DNA of 64,000 bases, taken from positions 67,388 to 131,387 of the forward strand of contig CAKSAC010000004.1 of assembly GCA_934434925.1 (NCBI GenBank), written 5' to 3'. This stretch comes from an uncultured Eubacteriales bacterium (GTDB taxonomy: Bacteria; Bacillota; Clostridia; Oscillospirales; CAG-272). The notes under the pieces were generated by a model. It saw only the letters and a program-made list of their open reading frames with translations. It searched no databases and was not told where the DNA came from. Of this stretch, positions 31,263 through 40,363 are shown piece by piece. Numbering within the stretch: the stretch's first letter is position 1; each line of letters begins with the position of its first letter. A program made the position numbers and the translations under genes.

Positions 31263-31312
31263 TGGGATTTATCCCTTATCTATATTATATGGGATTTATC
31301 CCATTTTGTCAA
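31263..31312 (-). promoter_or_regulatory. consensus promoter TTGACA-17-TATAAT with two TGGGATAAATCCC(A/T) operator palindromes
   Basis: Reverse strand: -35 at 31307-31312 and -10 at 31284-31289. Operator 1 (31290-31303) fills the spacer. Operator 2 (31263-31276) lies between -10 and the AGGAG RBS. Confidence 0.8.
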
Positions 31313-31350
31313 TAGATTTTCACAAGTTTTTTTCAAAAAAATTTAACCGT

Positions 31351-31397
31351 TTCTTATATCCCATAAGCATCGCCCCCCGATGTTCATATAAGAAAAC
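31351..31397 (-). repeat. degenerate copy of the queA 3' end (scar R1)
   Basis: Reverse strand TTCTTATATGAACATCGGGGGGCGATGCTTATGGGATATAAG. 18 of 21 nt match the genuine GCGATGTTTATAGGATAAAAG of queA. Confidence 0.6.
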
Positions 31398-31472
31398 GCC
31401 TTACTTTCACTAAGCAAAATTCGTCCAATTTGGCAACAAAACAAAAAAATGAAGCTGATATCAGCTCGTTGC

Positions 31473-31513
31473 AAAAAATTACCAATCGGTTGCGAGTTTA
31501 CCGATTGGTAATT
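31473..31513 (-). terminator. rho-independent terminator of queA
   Basis: Reverse strand AATTACCAATCGGT-aaactcgca-ACCGATTGGTAATT followed by TTTTTT. A second small hairpin AGCTGATATCAGCT + T7 follows at 31443-31466. Confidence 0.8.
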
Positions 31514-31562
31514 CCGTATATTATTCGTTTTTTGATTTGTAAATATTGCACAAAAAGTTCTT

Positions 31563-32636
31563 TTATCCTATAAACATCGCATCCCCGAAAGAAAAGAACC
31601 GATACCTCTCTTTGACCGCTTCGCGATACGCGCGCAAAATGTAATCCCGCCCCGCCAGTGCCGAAACAAGCATAATCAGGGTACTTTCGGGCAAATGAAA
31701 GTTTGTAATCAGGGCATCGACCGCGCGGAAACGATAGCCCGGATAGATGAAAATCCCCGTTTCTCCGCTCATCGGGTGTACCACGCCGTTTTCGTCTGTT
31801 ACGCTTTCAAGTACCCGGCAGGCGGTTGTTCCCACGGCGACGATACGCCCCCCGGCAGAACGGCGCTCATTGATTAAATCGGCCGTTTTTTGCTCAATAT
31901 GAAAATGTTCGGCGTGCATCAGATGATCGGCAATCTTCTCGGCTTTCACAGGGCGGAATGTGCCGAGCCCTACATGAAGTGTCAGTTCTGCGTATGCCGT
32001 ACCGGAAGCGCGCACTTTTTTCAATAATTCTTCCGTAAAATGCAGGCCGGCTGTCGGCGCGGCGGCAGATCCGCGTTCTTTGGCGTACACGGTCTGATAA
32101 CGCTCTTTATCGTCAAGCTTTTCGGTAATATAGGGCGGCAGGGGCATATTTCCTACCCGATCCAGCACCTCGTAGATTGAATTGCAGGCGGCCGGATACG
32201 AAAAGGAGACCAGCCGGTTTCCGTCCGGCAAAACCTCTGTAATTTCCGCGCGGAGAATATCGCCGAACACAAAAACGGCCCCCTCTTTCGCGCGTTTTCC
32301 CGGACGTACCAGGCACTCCCAACGACCGTCTTCCCGCATCCGGAGAAGCAGAAGTTCTATCGGAGAACCGTTCTTTGCGAGGCCGAGCAGGCGCGCCGGG
32401 ATCACGCGGGAAGAATTGACCACCAGCACGTCTTCCGGACGCAGATATTCACAAATATCATAAAAATGACGATGCGCAATCCCCTCTGTCGCGCGGTCCA
32501 GCACCATCAGACGCGATTCGTCCCGGCGGGCGAGCGGGGTTTGTGCAATCAGCTCTTCGGGCAGATCGTAGTCGAAGTCCCGCGTTGCAAGTTGGGTCGC
32601 GGGGCGCTCGTTCACGATCACCGGATTCTCTTCCAT
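31563..32636 (-). CDS. queA: S-adenosylmethionine:tRNA ribosyltransferase-isomerase
   Basis: Start at MEENPVIV (AGAGG RBS). [21 protein letters not shown], and the C-terminal [12 protein letters not shown]. Confidence 0.93.
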   Translation of the reverse strand: MEENPVIVNERPATQLATRDFDYDLPEELIAQTPLARRDESRLMVLDRATEGIAHRHFYDICEYLRPEDVLVVNSSRVIPARLLGLAKNGSPIELLLLRMREDGRWECLVRPGKRAKEGAVFVFGDILRAEITEVLPDGNRLVSFSYPAACNSIYEVLDRVGNMPLPPYITEKLDDKERYQTVYAKERGSAAAPTAGLHFTEELLKKVRASGTAYAELTLHVGLGTFRPVKAEKIADHLMHAEHFHIEQKTADLINERRSAGGRIVAVGTTACRVLESVTDENGVVHPMSGETGIFIYPGYRFRAVDALITNFHLPESTLIMLVSALAGRDYILRAYREAVKERYRFFSFGDAMFIG

Positions 32637-32731
32637 AAAAACACCTCTTTGGTTTCGGCATATAATAACAATAGCATTATAGTATATTTTTATCGGGAAT
32701 GCAAGTCCTCCCGTCATCATCGAGGTGTATA

Positions 32732-33625
32732 ATGCGAACAAATCAAAAATTGCCGCCTTTTCGCGGCGTGGCAACGGCTCTCATCACCCCGTTTTTGCAC
32801 GGAAAAATCGATCTTGCGCGTTTTAGGGAGCAGATTCGCTTTCAACTGCGCGGCGGCGTTGACGGGCTTGTCGTCTGCGGTACGACGGGCGAAGCCCCGA
32901 CACTCCGCCCATATGAGCGTGATAGTCTGCAAAATGCCGCCCGGGAGGAATCCGCCGGGGCCATCCCCGTCATCATGGGGATCGGGTCCAATGATACGCA
33001 AAGTGCCGTATCGGCCGCAAAACGTGCCGAAAAACTGGGGGCGGACGCGCTGCTGGCCGTCACGCCTTATTATAACAAAGGAACAAAAAACGGGATCGTC
33101 AACCACTATTTGAAAATCGCCGAAGCGACCGGATTACCGCTGATACTCTATAACGTACCCGGAAGGACCGGCGTTGACCTTGACATCGGGCAACTTGTCG
33201 CGCTGGCAGAACATCCGAATATCTGCGCACTCAAAGACGCGGGCGGAAATATCGAAAAAACAGCCGATATTTGCGCCGCCCTCGGAGAATGTCTGCCGTT
33301 GTACAGCGGGAACGACAGCCAGATTGTTCCGATTCTTTCGCTCGGCGGGGTCGGGGTCATCTCGGTCCTTTCAAATCTTTTGCCCGAGCTTACCTGCCGG
33401 ATCTGCAACCTTTGGTTTGCCGGGAAGGTAAAGGAAAGCGCGGCGCTCCAACTTCGCCTTCTCCCGCTGATTCGTCTTTTGTTTGCGGATGTGAATCCGG
33501 CCCCCGTCAAAGCCGCTATGGAGATCGCCGGATACGACAGCGGCGAACTGCGTCTTCCGCTCTCGGATATAAACGAAGAATTGAAAAGGAAACTTTACAA
33601 TATGATGAAAATGCCCGGGAATTGA
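32732..33625 (+). CDS. dapA: 4-hydroxy-tetrahydrodipicolinate synthase
   Basis: [28 protein letters not shown]. Start at MRTNQK, inside the longer track ORF. Confidence 0.92.
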   Translation: MRTNQKLPPFRGVATALITPFLHGKIDLARFREQIRFQLRGGVDGLVVCGTTGEAPTLRPYERDSLQNAAREESAGAIPVIMGIGSNDTQSAVSAAKRAEKLGADALLAVTPYYNKGTKNGIVNHYLKIAEATGLPLILYNVPGRTGVDLDIGQLVALAEHPNICALKDAGGNIEKTADICAALGECLPLYSGNDSQIVPILSLGGVGVISVLSNLLPELTCRICNLWFAGKVKESAALQLRLLPLIRLLFADVNPAPVKAAMEIAGYDSGELRLPLSDINEELKRKLYNMMKMPGN

Positions 33626-33703
33626 GGCGTATCAGTGCCGAAAAACGCGGGAAAAAGGCGTTCCGGTTACGCTCTTGCGAAAAAATTGCCGGAAATAATA
33701 AAT

Positions 33704-33740
33704 GCCGGAGAAATCTTCTCCGGTATTTTCTTGCTTTTTT
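33704..33740 (+). terminator. rho-independent terminator after dapA
   Basis: Stem CCGGAGA (33705-33711) / TCTCCGG (33717-33723) followed by ATTTTCTTGCTTTTTT. Confidence 0.7.
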
Positions 33741-33759
33741 CGGAAAATCCGTGTATACT
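33731..33759 (+). promoter_or_regulatory. sigma-70 promoter TTGCTT-17-TATACT
   Basis: -35 at 33731-33736, -10 at 33754-33759. About 30 nt upstream of the ATG at 33792. Confidence 0.55.
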
Positions 33760-33791
33760 ACAATAGAATAACAGGAAAGAGAGCAACCCTT

Positions 33792-34811
33792 ATGCCGCGG
33801 ATCGACCGATATTACCGCAATCTGTATACTTCCCCTGCTAAGCGGGCCATGCGCGCGCTGCTCCTTTTGCTTTTATCTTTTCTGCTCATCGCGGGAGCCG
33901 CTTTCGGGATTCGGCGTTTGTCGGCCTCTTCCTTTTATCGGGACGCCGTGCAGGAAACCGGTGTTCCGGGGCTTGACAGCGGGCTTGTTCCGCAAGGGCT
34001 TGCATATCTGCCGGAAGAAGACCTGTATCTGATTTCCGGTTATCGCGGAAAGGACGGCGCGGCCCTTCTTTCATACACTTCTCCGGACGGCACACGGCAA
34101 GGGCTGATCTCTCTTGTCAAGGAAAACCTGGAGCCGCTGATTCTGCACTGCGGCGGTATCGCGGCGGGTGACGACTTTCTCTATATCGCAGGATGTGACG
34201 GATATTGTTATGTGGTCGCGCGTGACGCTCTCCTTGCGACCCGAGAGGCCGTTTTGCCTGTTACGGGGCGTTTCCCGGCCGGTAACATGGCGGATTTCTG
34301 CTTTTTCTCAGACGGTCATCTCTATATCGGAGAATTTTATCATCCCGTCAAATTCACGACCGAGAAAGAACATCACATAGTGACCCCCGCCGGAGACAGG
34401 CATTATGCGCTGATGCTTGCTTACCCGAAAGACCGCGAAGGCGCATACGGTCTTGCCGCCCGGGCGGATGCCGCCTTTTCGATCCCCGGACGAATCCAGG
34501 GCGGATGCCGGGTGGGCGATACGATTATCCTCTCCGCGTCTTCTCTCTTTGAGCGTACTCATTTGTCCTTTTTCAATCTGCAAAAAGCAGAGAAAAACCT
34601 GTCGGAATATCATGACGGTGATACAGTTCTCCCGCTTTTTCATCTTGACAGCCACAGTCTGGAAAGCACCCGCACCCTGCCGCCGATGTCAGAAGGCATC
34701 TGCATCCGAAACGGGAACGTTTCAATCGTTTTTGAATCGGCTGCCCGGCGGTTTTTCTCCTTCGGCCGCCTGTTCGGCGGAGAGTATCTGTACAGTCTTC
34801 CCCTTCCCTGA
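33792..34811 (+). CDS. hypothetical membrane-anchored protein
   Basis: Start at MPRIDRYY. A single N-terminal TM helix (LLLLLLSFLLIAGAAFGI), then about 290 aa with no motif I recognise. Confidence 0.55.
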   Translation: MPRIDRYYRNLYTSPAKRAMRALLLLLLSFLLIAGAAFGIRRLSASSFYRDAVQETGVPGLDSGLVPQGLAYLPEEDLYLISGYRGKDGAALLSYTSPDGTRQGLISLVKENLEPLILHCGGIAAGDDFLYIAGCDGYCYVVARDALLATREAVLPVTGRFPAGNMADFCFFSDGHLYIGEFYHPVKFTTEKEHHIVTPAGDRHYALMLAYPKDREGAYGLAARADAAFSIPGRIQGGCRVGDTIILSASSLFERTHLSFFNLQKAEKNLSEYHDGDTVLPLFHLDSHSLESTRTLPPMSEGICIRNGNVSIVFESAARRFFSFGRLFGGEYLYSLPLP

Positions 34812-34814
34812 CCG

Positions 34815-34868
34815 CCCGGAATGCTTTGCTTGCCCGGAAAGCTTTGCTTGCCCGGAATGCTCCGGCAA
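34815..34868. repeat. 18-bp tandem repeat x3
   Basis: cccggaatgctttgcttg / cccggaaagctttgcttg / cccggaatgctccggcaa, starting 4 nt after the stop at 34811. Confidence 0.85.
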
Positions 34869-34902
34869 TTCCTTCGTCCGGAACATTTCTGCACAGGCAT
34901 AG

Positions 34903-34931
34903 AAAAAAGCGCGGAAAACCCGCGCTTTTTT
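34903..34931. terminator. bidirectional rho-independent terminator
   Basis: A6-GCGCGG-aaaa-CCCGCGC-T6, between the convergent hypothetical gene and tyrS. Confidence 0.8.
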
Positions 34932-34998
34932 GATGGAAAAACCCGAAGAAACCGGTCTGCCAAAGACAAATCGTAGAAACCGGTCTGCCGGAGCGGGT

Positions 34999-36219
34999 TT
35001 AACCGAGGATGAGTTTTTTGTAGATTTTTTTGCCTTTGCGGAGCAGAACGCCGGCTGTCAGCTCCTCCCGGGTGAAGGTCTTTTTGATATCGGTGACTTT
35101 CTCTCCGTTGGCCATGACACCACCCTGCTCTACCGCGCGACGTGCTTCGGAACGCGAGGCAGTCATTCCCGCAGCGCAAAGAAGCGCCAGAATATCGGGG
35201 TCGCCGTTTTCAAAAAGCGTCTCTTCTGCCGGAACGGCGGGCATATCGCCGGAATCCCCGTTGCCGAACAGCGCACGGGAGGAGGCGCGGGCCGCTTCGG
35301 CTTCCTCTTCTCCGTGAACAAGTTTGGTCAGTTCGTACGCGAGGATATCCTTGGCTTCGTTCAGCCGGCTCCCTTCCCACGCGTCCATCTTATTAATTTC
35401 TTCCAGCGGAAGGAAGGTCAGCATACGGATACATTTGAGAACATCGGCATCATCGACATTGCGCCAGTACTGATAGAACTCATAGGGTGGGGTCTTGTTG
35501 GGATCGAGCCAGACGGCACCGGAGGCGGTCTTACCCATCTTTTTGCCTTCGGAGTTCAGAAGGAGCGTAATCGTCATGGCATAGGCATCCTTGCCCAGCT
35601 TACGGCGAATCAGCTCGGTTCCGCCCAGCATATTCGACCACTGATCATCTCCGCCGAACTGCATATTGCAACCGTAGGTCTTGTAGAGGTGATAGAAGTC
35701 GTAACTCTGCATAATCATGTAGTTGAATTCCAGGAAAGAAAGCCCTTTTTCCATCCGCTGACGATAGCATTCGGCCGTCAGCATCCGGTTGACCGAGAAG
35801 CAGGCTCCGACATCACGCAGAAGGTCGATATAGTGCAGAGGGAGAAGCCAGTCTGCATTGTTGACCATCATGGCTTTCCCTTCCCCGAACTCGATAAACC
35901 GGCTCATTTGTTTAAGGAAACAATCGCAGTTATGCTGAATGGTTTCGGGGGTCATCATGGAACGCATATCGGTACGCCCGGAGGGGTCGCCGATATATCC
36001 AGTACCGCCGCCAATCAACACGATCGGGCGGTTTCCGGCCATCTGGAGCCGTTTCATCAGGCAGAGCGCCATAAAATGGCCGACATGGAGACTGTCTGCC
36101 GTCGGGTCAAATCCGATATAGAAGGTGGCGTTCCCCTCATTGATCAAGTCACGGATCTCGGTTTCATCGGTCACTTGCGCAATCAGTCCGCGCGCGGCCA
36201 ACTCTTCATAAATTTTCAT
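34999..36219 (-). CDS. tyrS: tyrosine--tRNA ligase
   Basis: 406 aa. HIGH-type motif ADSLHVGH, KMSKS-type KMGKT, and a C-terminal S4-like domain. Confidence 0.95.
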   Translation of the reverse strand: MKIYEELAARGLIAQVTDETEIRDLINEGNATFYIGFDPTADSLHVGHFMALCLMKRLQMAGNRPIVLIGGGTGYIGDPSGRTDMRSMMTPETIQHNCDCFLKQMSRFIEFGEGKAMMVNNADWLLPLHYIDLLRDVGACFSVNRMLTAECYRQRMEKGLSFLEFNYMIMQSYDFYHLYKTYGCNMQFGGDDQWSNMLGGTELIRRKLGKDAYAMTITLLLNSEGKKMGKTASGAVWLDPNKTPPYEFYQYWRNVDDADVLKCIRMLTFLPLEEINKMDAWEGSRLNEAKDILAYELTKLVHGEEEAEAARASSRALFGNGDSGDMPAVPAEETLFENGDPDILALLCAAGMTASRSEARRAVEQGGVMANGEKVTDIKKTFTREELTAGVLLRKGKKIYKKLILG

Positions 36220-36277
36220 TTTTTATCCTTCCCCGGCTTTTGCCGTTTTTATGTTCTTCATAAATATTCGCACAGAA

Positions 36278-37036
36278 TCATTGTACGGTAATCCCGCAGG
36301 AATTATAGTAGCCCGTCTCGATTTCAGGGAACCATTCCGGCAGGCATTCCGCCCAGCTTTTCGGTAACAGGTCTTCCGTATAAAAATGCCCCGCCTCAAT
36401 CATGGCCATGCCGGTTTCCGCTGCTTCGTTAACGCTCTCATAGGAAAGCCTCCCGGAAAGATAAACATCGGCACCGGCGGCGTGTGCCGCGGGTATTTCT
36501 TCTTTCCCGCTTCCGCCGAGCACCGCCACGCGGCGGACTTCTTTTTCGTCTCCCGCGCACAGAACGGCCGGGCAGGCCAGCGCCGCCCGCACAAGGTCGG
36601 CAAAAGCGGAAAGCGGAAGCGCCTCCGGCAAACTGCCGATACGCCCTGTTCCATCCCCGAAGGGCGAGACATCAGAAAGGCCGAGCGCCTCTGCAAGAAG
36701 GTCGTTCACGCCGCCGTTTGCGGCATCGGCCCGGGTGTGAAAGGAGAGGACGCTGATCCCTGCTCCGATAAGCGTCAAGAGCCGCTTGCCCGTGACGGTT
36801 TCGGGCGTCACGCTTGCGACAGGGTGAAAAAGAAGCGGGTGATGTGAGAGGATTACGTCATATCCCTCCCGGCAGGCCTGTTCAACGGCGCCGCCGGTAA
36901 TATCGAGCGTACAAAGAACGCGCCGTACCGGCGCGTCGGTATCCGGGCAGACCATCAGCCCGTCATGATCCCATTCAGCGCGCAAAGTATCGGGATATCG
37001 CCGGGAGAGTTCCCGGTAAAGTTCACTGACCGTCAT
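36278..37036 (-). CDS. Nif3-like dinuclear metal center protein (YqfO family)
   Basis: Start at MTVSELY. VILSHHPLLF, a GHF/E motif near the C-terminus, and conserved position after trmK. Confidence 0.85.
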   Translation of the reverse strand: MTVSELYRELSRRYPDTLRAEWDHDGLMVCPDTDAPVRRVLCTLDITGGAVEQACREGYDVILSHHPLLFHPVASVTPETVTGKRLLTLIGAGISVLSFHTRADAANGGVNDLLAEALGLSDVSPFGDGTGRIGSLPEALPLSAFADLVRAALACPAVLCAGDEKEVRRVAVLGGSGKEEIPAAHAAGADVYLSGRLSYESVNEAAETGMAMIEAGHFYTEDLLPKSWAECLPEWFPEIETGYYNSCGITVQ

Positions 37037-37745
37037 GCTGTATTCTCTCTTTCTCCGCGTCGAGCGCGGCAAGATACGCCTCTTCATCTGCTGTGTCGCG
37101 GCCGCCGGCCTTGCGGCCTTTCAATCTGGCAAGGGATGCCAGCCGCAAACGCGAAAGTTCCGCAAGATATGCCTTTTTTTCTTCTTCTCCGATGACGCTC
37201 GGACGGCCAAGCAGCAGCTCGGCGCGGCTAACCTCTCCCGGTGCGGAAAAAAAGGCGCACAAAACCCGATATATTCGCCCTGCGGCTACCGCTATGCGCT
37301 CGGATTCCAAGGTAAATCCCGCTTCATATAAATACCGGCGCAAAACCTCGGGGCGGCTCATCGGTTGCAGGATCAGACGGACCCCCGGATCCTTTATAAA
37401 AGGTGCCGCCGCGAGAATCGAAGCAATCATCTCGCCTCCCATCCCGCACACGGCAATATCGGTCAGCCCCAGGTCTTCCATCCCGGAAAGCCCGTCCGTC
37501 AGTAAAAAATCAATCCGATCGCTCTTTCCGGCGGCCATAGCATTTCTTCTGGCACGGGAAAGCGGCCCCTCCGCCACATCAGAAGCGACGGCGCGGCCAA
37601 TCCGTCCGACGGAAAGCAGATAAAGCGGGAGATAGGCATGATCGGTTCCCACATCGGCAAAGACCGCCCCCTCCCGCACAAATTCAGCCGCCACCCGCAA
37701 GCGGGCATCCGGCAAAGGGGTTTTTATGCCGTTACGCTCATTCAC
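37023..37745 (-). CDS. trmK: tRNA (adenine22-N1)-methyltransferase TrmK
   Basis: RLRVAAEFV..ADVGTDHAYLP and ASDVAEGPL motifs. trmK-nif3 synteny as in Bacillus yqfN-yqfO. Confidence 0.85.
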   Translation of the reverse strand: MNERNGIKTPLPDARLRVAAEFVREGAVFADVGTDHAYLPLYLLSVGRIGRAVASDVAEGPLSRARRNAMAAGKSDRIDFLLTDGLSGMEDLGLTDIAVCGMGGEMIASILAAAPFIKDPGVRLILQPMSRPEVLRRYLYEAGFTLESERIAVAAGRIYRVLCAFFSAPGEVSRAELLLGRPSVIGEEEKKAYLAELSRLRLASLARLKGRKAGGRDTADEEAYLAALDAEKERIQHDGQ

Positions 37746-37935
37746 CGAGAAACTGATTCAGTTTCCGTATCAGTTCGTTTGCATCCTGCCCGTGAACGGC
37801 GCAGGCCTCTTCGACGCTCTCCATGCGTGAAACGGGGCAATCAAAGCAATGCATCCCGATGGCGGCAAAAATCTCTTTTGTTCCCTCGTTGAAATCAATG
37901 ATGTCGCCGATAACGGTATCTTTTGTAACTTTCAT
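37738..37935 (-). CDS. DUF1858 / hybrid-cluster-protein-associated redox disulfide domain protein
   Basis: 65 aa. TVIGDII...IFAAIGMHCFDCP...SVEEACAVHG pattern. Confidence 0.65.
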   Translation of the reverse strand: MKVTKDTVIGDIIDFNEGTKEIFAAIGMHCFDCPVSRMESVEEACAVHGQDANELIRKLNQFLGE

Positions 37936-37967
37936 CTCAAATCCTCACATTTTCTTTATATAGAAAC

Positions 37968-37995
37968 ATTGTACCATAGTTTCCGGAAAAGTCAA
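37968..37995 (-). promoter_or_regulatory. sigma-70 promoter TTGACT-16-TACAAT (TG-extended)
   Basis: Reverse strand: -35 at 37990-37995, TGg then -10 at 37968-37973. Upstream of the DUF1858-trmK-nif3-tyrS string. Confidence 0.55.
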
Positions 37996-38101
37996 GGCAC
38001 GGCAGAAATATTTTCCGGGAATACGGCGAATATGGGCTTGCCTTCCGGCAAATTGCGCTTTTTTATATTATTTTGTAAAGTTTTCTTTTCATTTTCCCGG
38101 T

Positions 38102-38136
38102 AAAAACGGGGAAGAGTGACGCTTCCCCGCTTTTTT
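38102..38136. terminator. bidirectional rho-independent terminator
   Basis: Stem CGGGGAAG (38107-38114) / CTTCCCCG (38122-38129) with A- and T-runs. Immediately after the histidine kinase stop. Confidence 0.8.
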
Positions 38137-39643
38137 ATTCGGTCGTGTCGGTCTTCGGTTCTGCGGCCTCTTCCAGTTCAAACCAGAAAACGCTCCCTTC
38201 CCCGGGGCGGCTGTTCACCCCGTAGGCGGCATGATGCGCATCAAGCACCGAACGGACAATCGAAAGCCCCAGCCCGCTGCCGACAATACTGCGCACGTGA
38301 TTGCTCTCGGAACGATAATAGCGTTCAAATATATGCGGAAGTTCTTCTTCCTCAATACCGATGCCGTGATCTTCGACTTCCAGCCGGATCCGCCCCGCCG
38401 ACGGGGTAAAGAGCCGCAGAATCACGGTCTTGTCTTCTCCGGAGTAATTGACGGCGTTATTGACAAGATTGCGGATAACGGCGGATATTTGTTTGCGGTC
38501 AGCCGCAACGAAAAGCCCGGGGGTAATCTCGGCAGGAAATGTGTAGCCCGAGAGCGCCGTCAGTTCCCGGTACCCGGTCACCAGTTCTTCGGCCAGTTCC
38601 GAAAGGGAAAACCGGGAAAGTTCCCGATGTTCGGCACCCCCCTGGACGCGCGTGATCGACACCAGGTCTTCCACCATGGATGAGAGGCGATGCACCTCAT
38701 TGATGATGATCTGCATGTTTTCCGGCTTATTTTCCCCGGGGATGTCGCGTATGAGTTCCGCATATCCCGAAATCATGGTAAGCGGGGTGCGCAGATCATG
38801 CGAGATGTTGGCGATCAGCTCTTTTTGCAGACGATCGACCTTTCCGATTTCCTCGGCCGACTTGGCAAGGGTTTCCGAAAGTTCCGCCACTTCGCGGTAA
38901 GCGTTCTCCCGGTAATCCTGCGGATAGTTCCCGGCCGGGAGACGGCGGGCGGCGGTATTCAGATAAGAAAGCGGCCGCGAGACGCGCCGGGAGATCAGAA
39001 ACGCCAGCAAAGCCGAAACGGCAACCATCGAAAGCGAGAGCACCGCCAGTTGCACCCGCAGGACGTGGACCGTAGCGGCAGAGGGGGCATACGGACAGTC
39101 AAAAAGCATAAAAATCGTCCGCCCGTCCGTGGTCGTCGCCATACGGGAAACAACAAGGCGCTCCCCGATCAGGGCGGCATCATCCCGTTCGCCCTTCACG
39201 CTATCCCACGCAAAGCGGTAGACTCCTGCATCGTACAGCAGATAGCGGGTGACATAGGTATCGTCCGGACGTTCCGAAACACGCTGATACAATTCGTTCA
39301 GTTGCCGTGCGGAAATCGAATGAATGGCGCACCCGATATCGGTGTCCTTTTCGGCCAGTACCGTGGCTCTGTTTTCCGCAATCACGTAAATGCTGAGACA
39401 GGCACTGTTTTTATCGGATATCTTGTCTGCGGCCTCTTCGATCTTATCTTCAGGAGCCGCTGCCAGCAATTCCGATGCCTCGCGGAGACGTTTTTCGGTG
39501 ATGAACAGATAAAATCTGTCCATGAACAGCACCTGACAAGCAGAAAGAAGAACCAGAATCACCAGCGAAAAAAGAAGAAAATACAGGAACAGTTTTTCCC
39601 GCAGAGAAGGAGCCTGTCCGGGTTCAGAGAATTTTCTCATCAA
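38135..39643 (-). CDS. two-component sensor histidine kinase
   Basis: Two TM segments, HAMP-like linker, H-box ISHDLRTPLT, N box NLVNNAVNYS, G boxes DHGIGI and GSGLGLSIV. Confidence 0.9.
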   Translation of the reverse strand: MMRKFSEPGQAPSLREKLFLYFLLFSLVILVLLSACQVLFMDRFYLFITEKRLREASELLAAAPEDKIEEAADKISDKNSACLSIYVIAENRATVLAEKDTDIGCAIHSISARQLNELYQRVSERPDDTYVTRYLLYDAGVYRFAWDSVKGERDDAALIGERLVVSRMATTTDGRTIFMLFDCPYAPSAATVHVLRVQLAVLSLSMVAVSALLAFLISRRVSRPLSYLNTAARRLPAGNYPQDYRENAYREVAELSETLAKSAEEIGKVDRLQKELIANISHDLRTPLTMISGYAELIRDIPGENKPENMQIIINEVHRLSSMVEDLVSITRVQGGAEHRELSRFSLSELAEELVTGYRELTALSGYTFPAEITPGLFVAADRKQISAVIRNLVNNAVNYSGEDKTVILRLFTPSAGRIRLEVEDHGIGIEEEELPHIFERYYRSESNHVRSIVGSGLGLSIVRSVLDAHHAAYGVNSRPGEGSVFWFELEEAAEPKTDTTE

Positions 39644-40310
39644 AACGATACCCCACTCCTCTCAGCGTTACGATATGGGTCCCGTAGGTTCCGAGCGCCC
39701 GACGCAGCAGTTTGATATGGGTATCGAGCGTCCGGTCTTCCCCGAAAAAGTCGTATCCCCACACTTCGGTAATCAGCCGGTCGCGCGAGAGCGCAATGTT
39801 TTTATTGCGGAGCATATAGAACAAAAGATCGTATTCTTTGGGGGAGAGTTCGCACGGAACGCCGTCGATCGTCACAATCCGGGCCGTAACATCCGCATGA
39901 AGGCCGCCGATATCGTAAATCTCCTTTTTTTCCGTTTCCGCCTTTTTCCCCGCCCCGCGGCGCAAAATGGCCTCAACGCGCTTCATCAGTTCGCGCGGAG
40001 AAAAGGGCTTTACCACATAATCGTCAGCGCCGCTGTCAAAGCCGTTGATCCGGTCGTACTCTTCCCCGCGCGCGGAAAGAAAAAGCACCGGAACATCGGA
40101 AAACTTCCGGATTTCCCGGACGGCCGAAAACCCGTCAAGTTCCGGCATCATGATATCCATGATGACCAGATCCGGCGGTGACTTTTTCACCGCCGCAACG
40201 GCGCTCATCCCATCCTCTGCTTCTTCCACCGTATGCCCGTCAAACTCGGCGTATTTCCGTACAATGCCGCGGATGGCGGCCTCATCGTCCGCTATCAGTA
40301 GTTTTGCCAT
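39624..40310 (-). CDS. OmpR-family response regulator
   Basis: Receiver LLIADDE..DLVIMDIMMPELDG..K, then a winged helix LSPKEYDLLFYML..TLDTHIKLLRRAL. Confidence 0.92.
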   Translation of the reverse strand: MAKLLIADDEAAIRGIVRKYAEFDGHTVEEAEDGMSAVAAVKKSPPDLVIMDIMMPELDGFSAVREIRKFSDVPVLFLSARGEEYDRINGFDSGADDYVVKPFSPRELMKRVEAILRRGAGKKAETEKKEIYDIGGLHADVTARIVTIDGVPCELSPKEYDLLFYMLRNKNIALSRDRLITEVWGYDFFGEDRTLDTHIKLLRRALGTYGTHIVTLRGVGYRFDEKIL

Positions 40311-40363
40311 GTTGTTCTCCTTTACTGTATGACGGCAAAAGGGGCGTTGCGCGCCCCTTGCCC

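Noticed and set aside
36220-36277. T-box leader upstream of tyrS, and likewise upstream of glnS at 61708-61723.
   Set aside because: Only 58 nt and 16 nt of spacer respectively, far too short for a T-box. Both genes appear embedded in operons.
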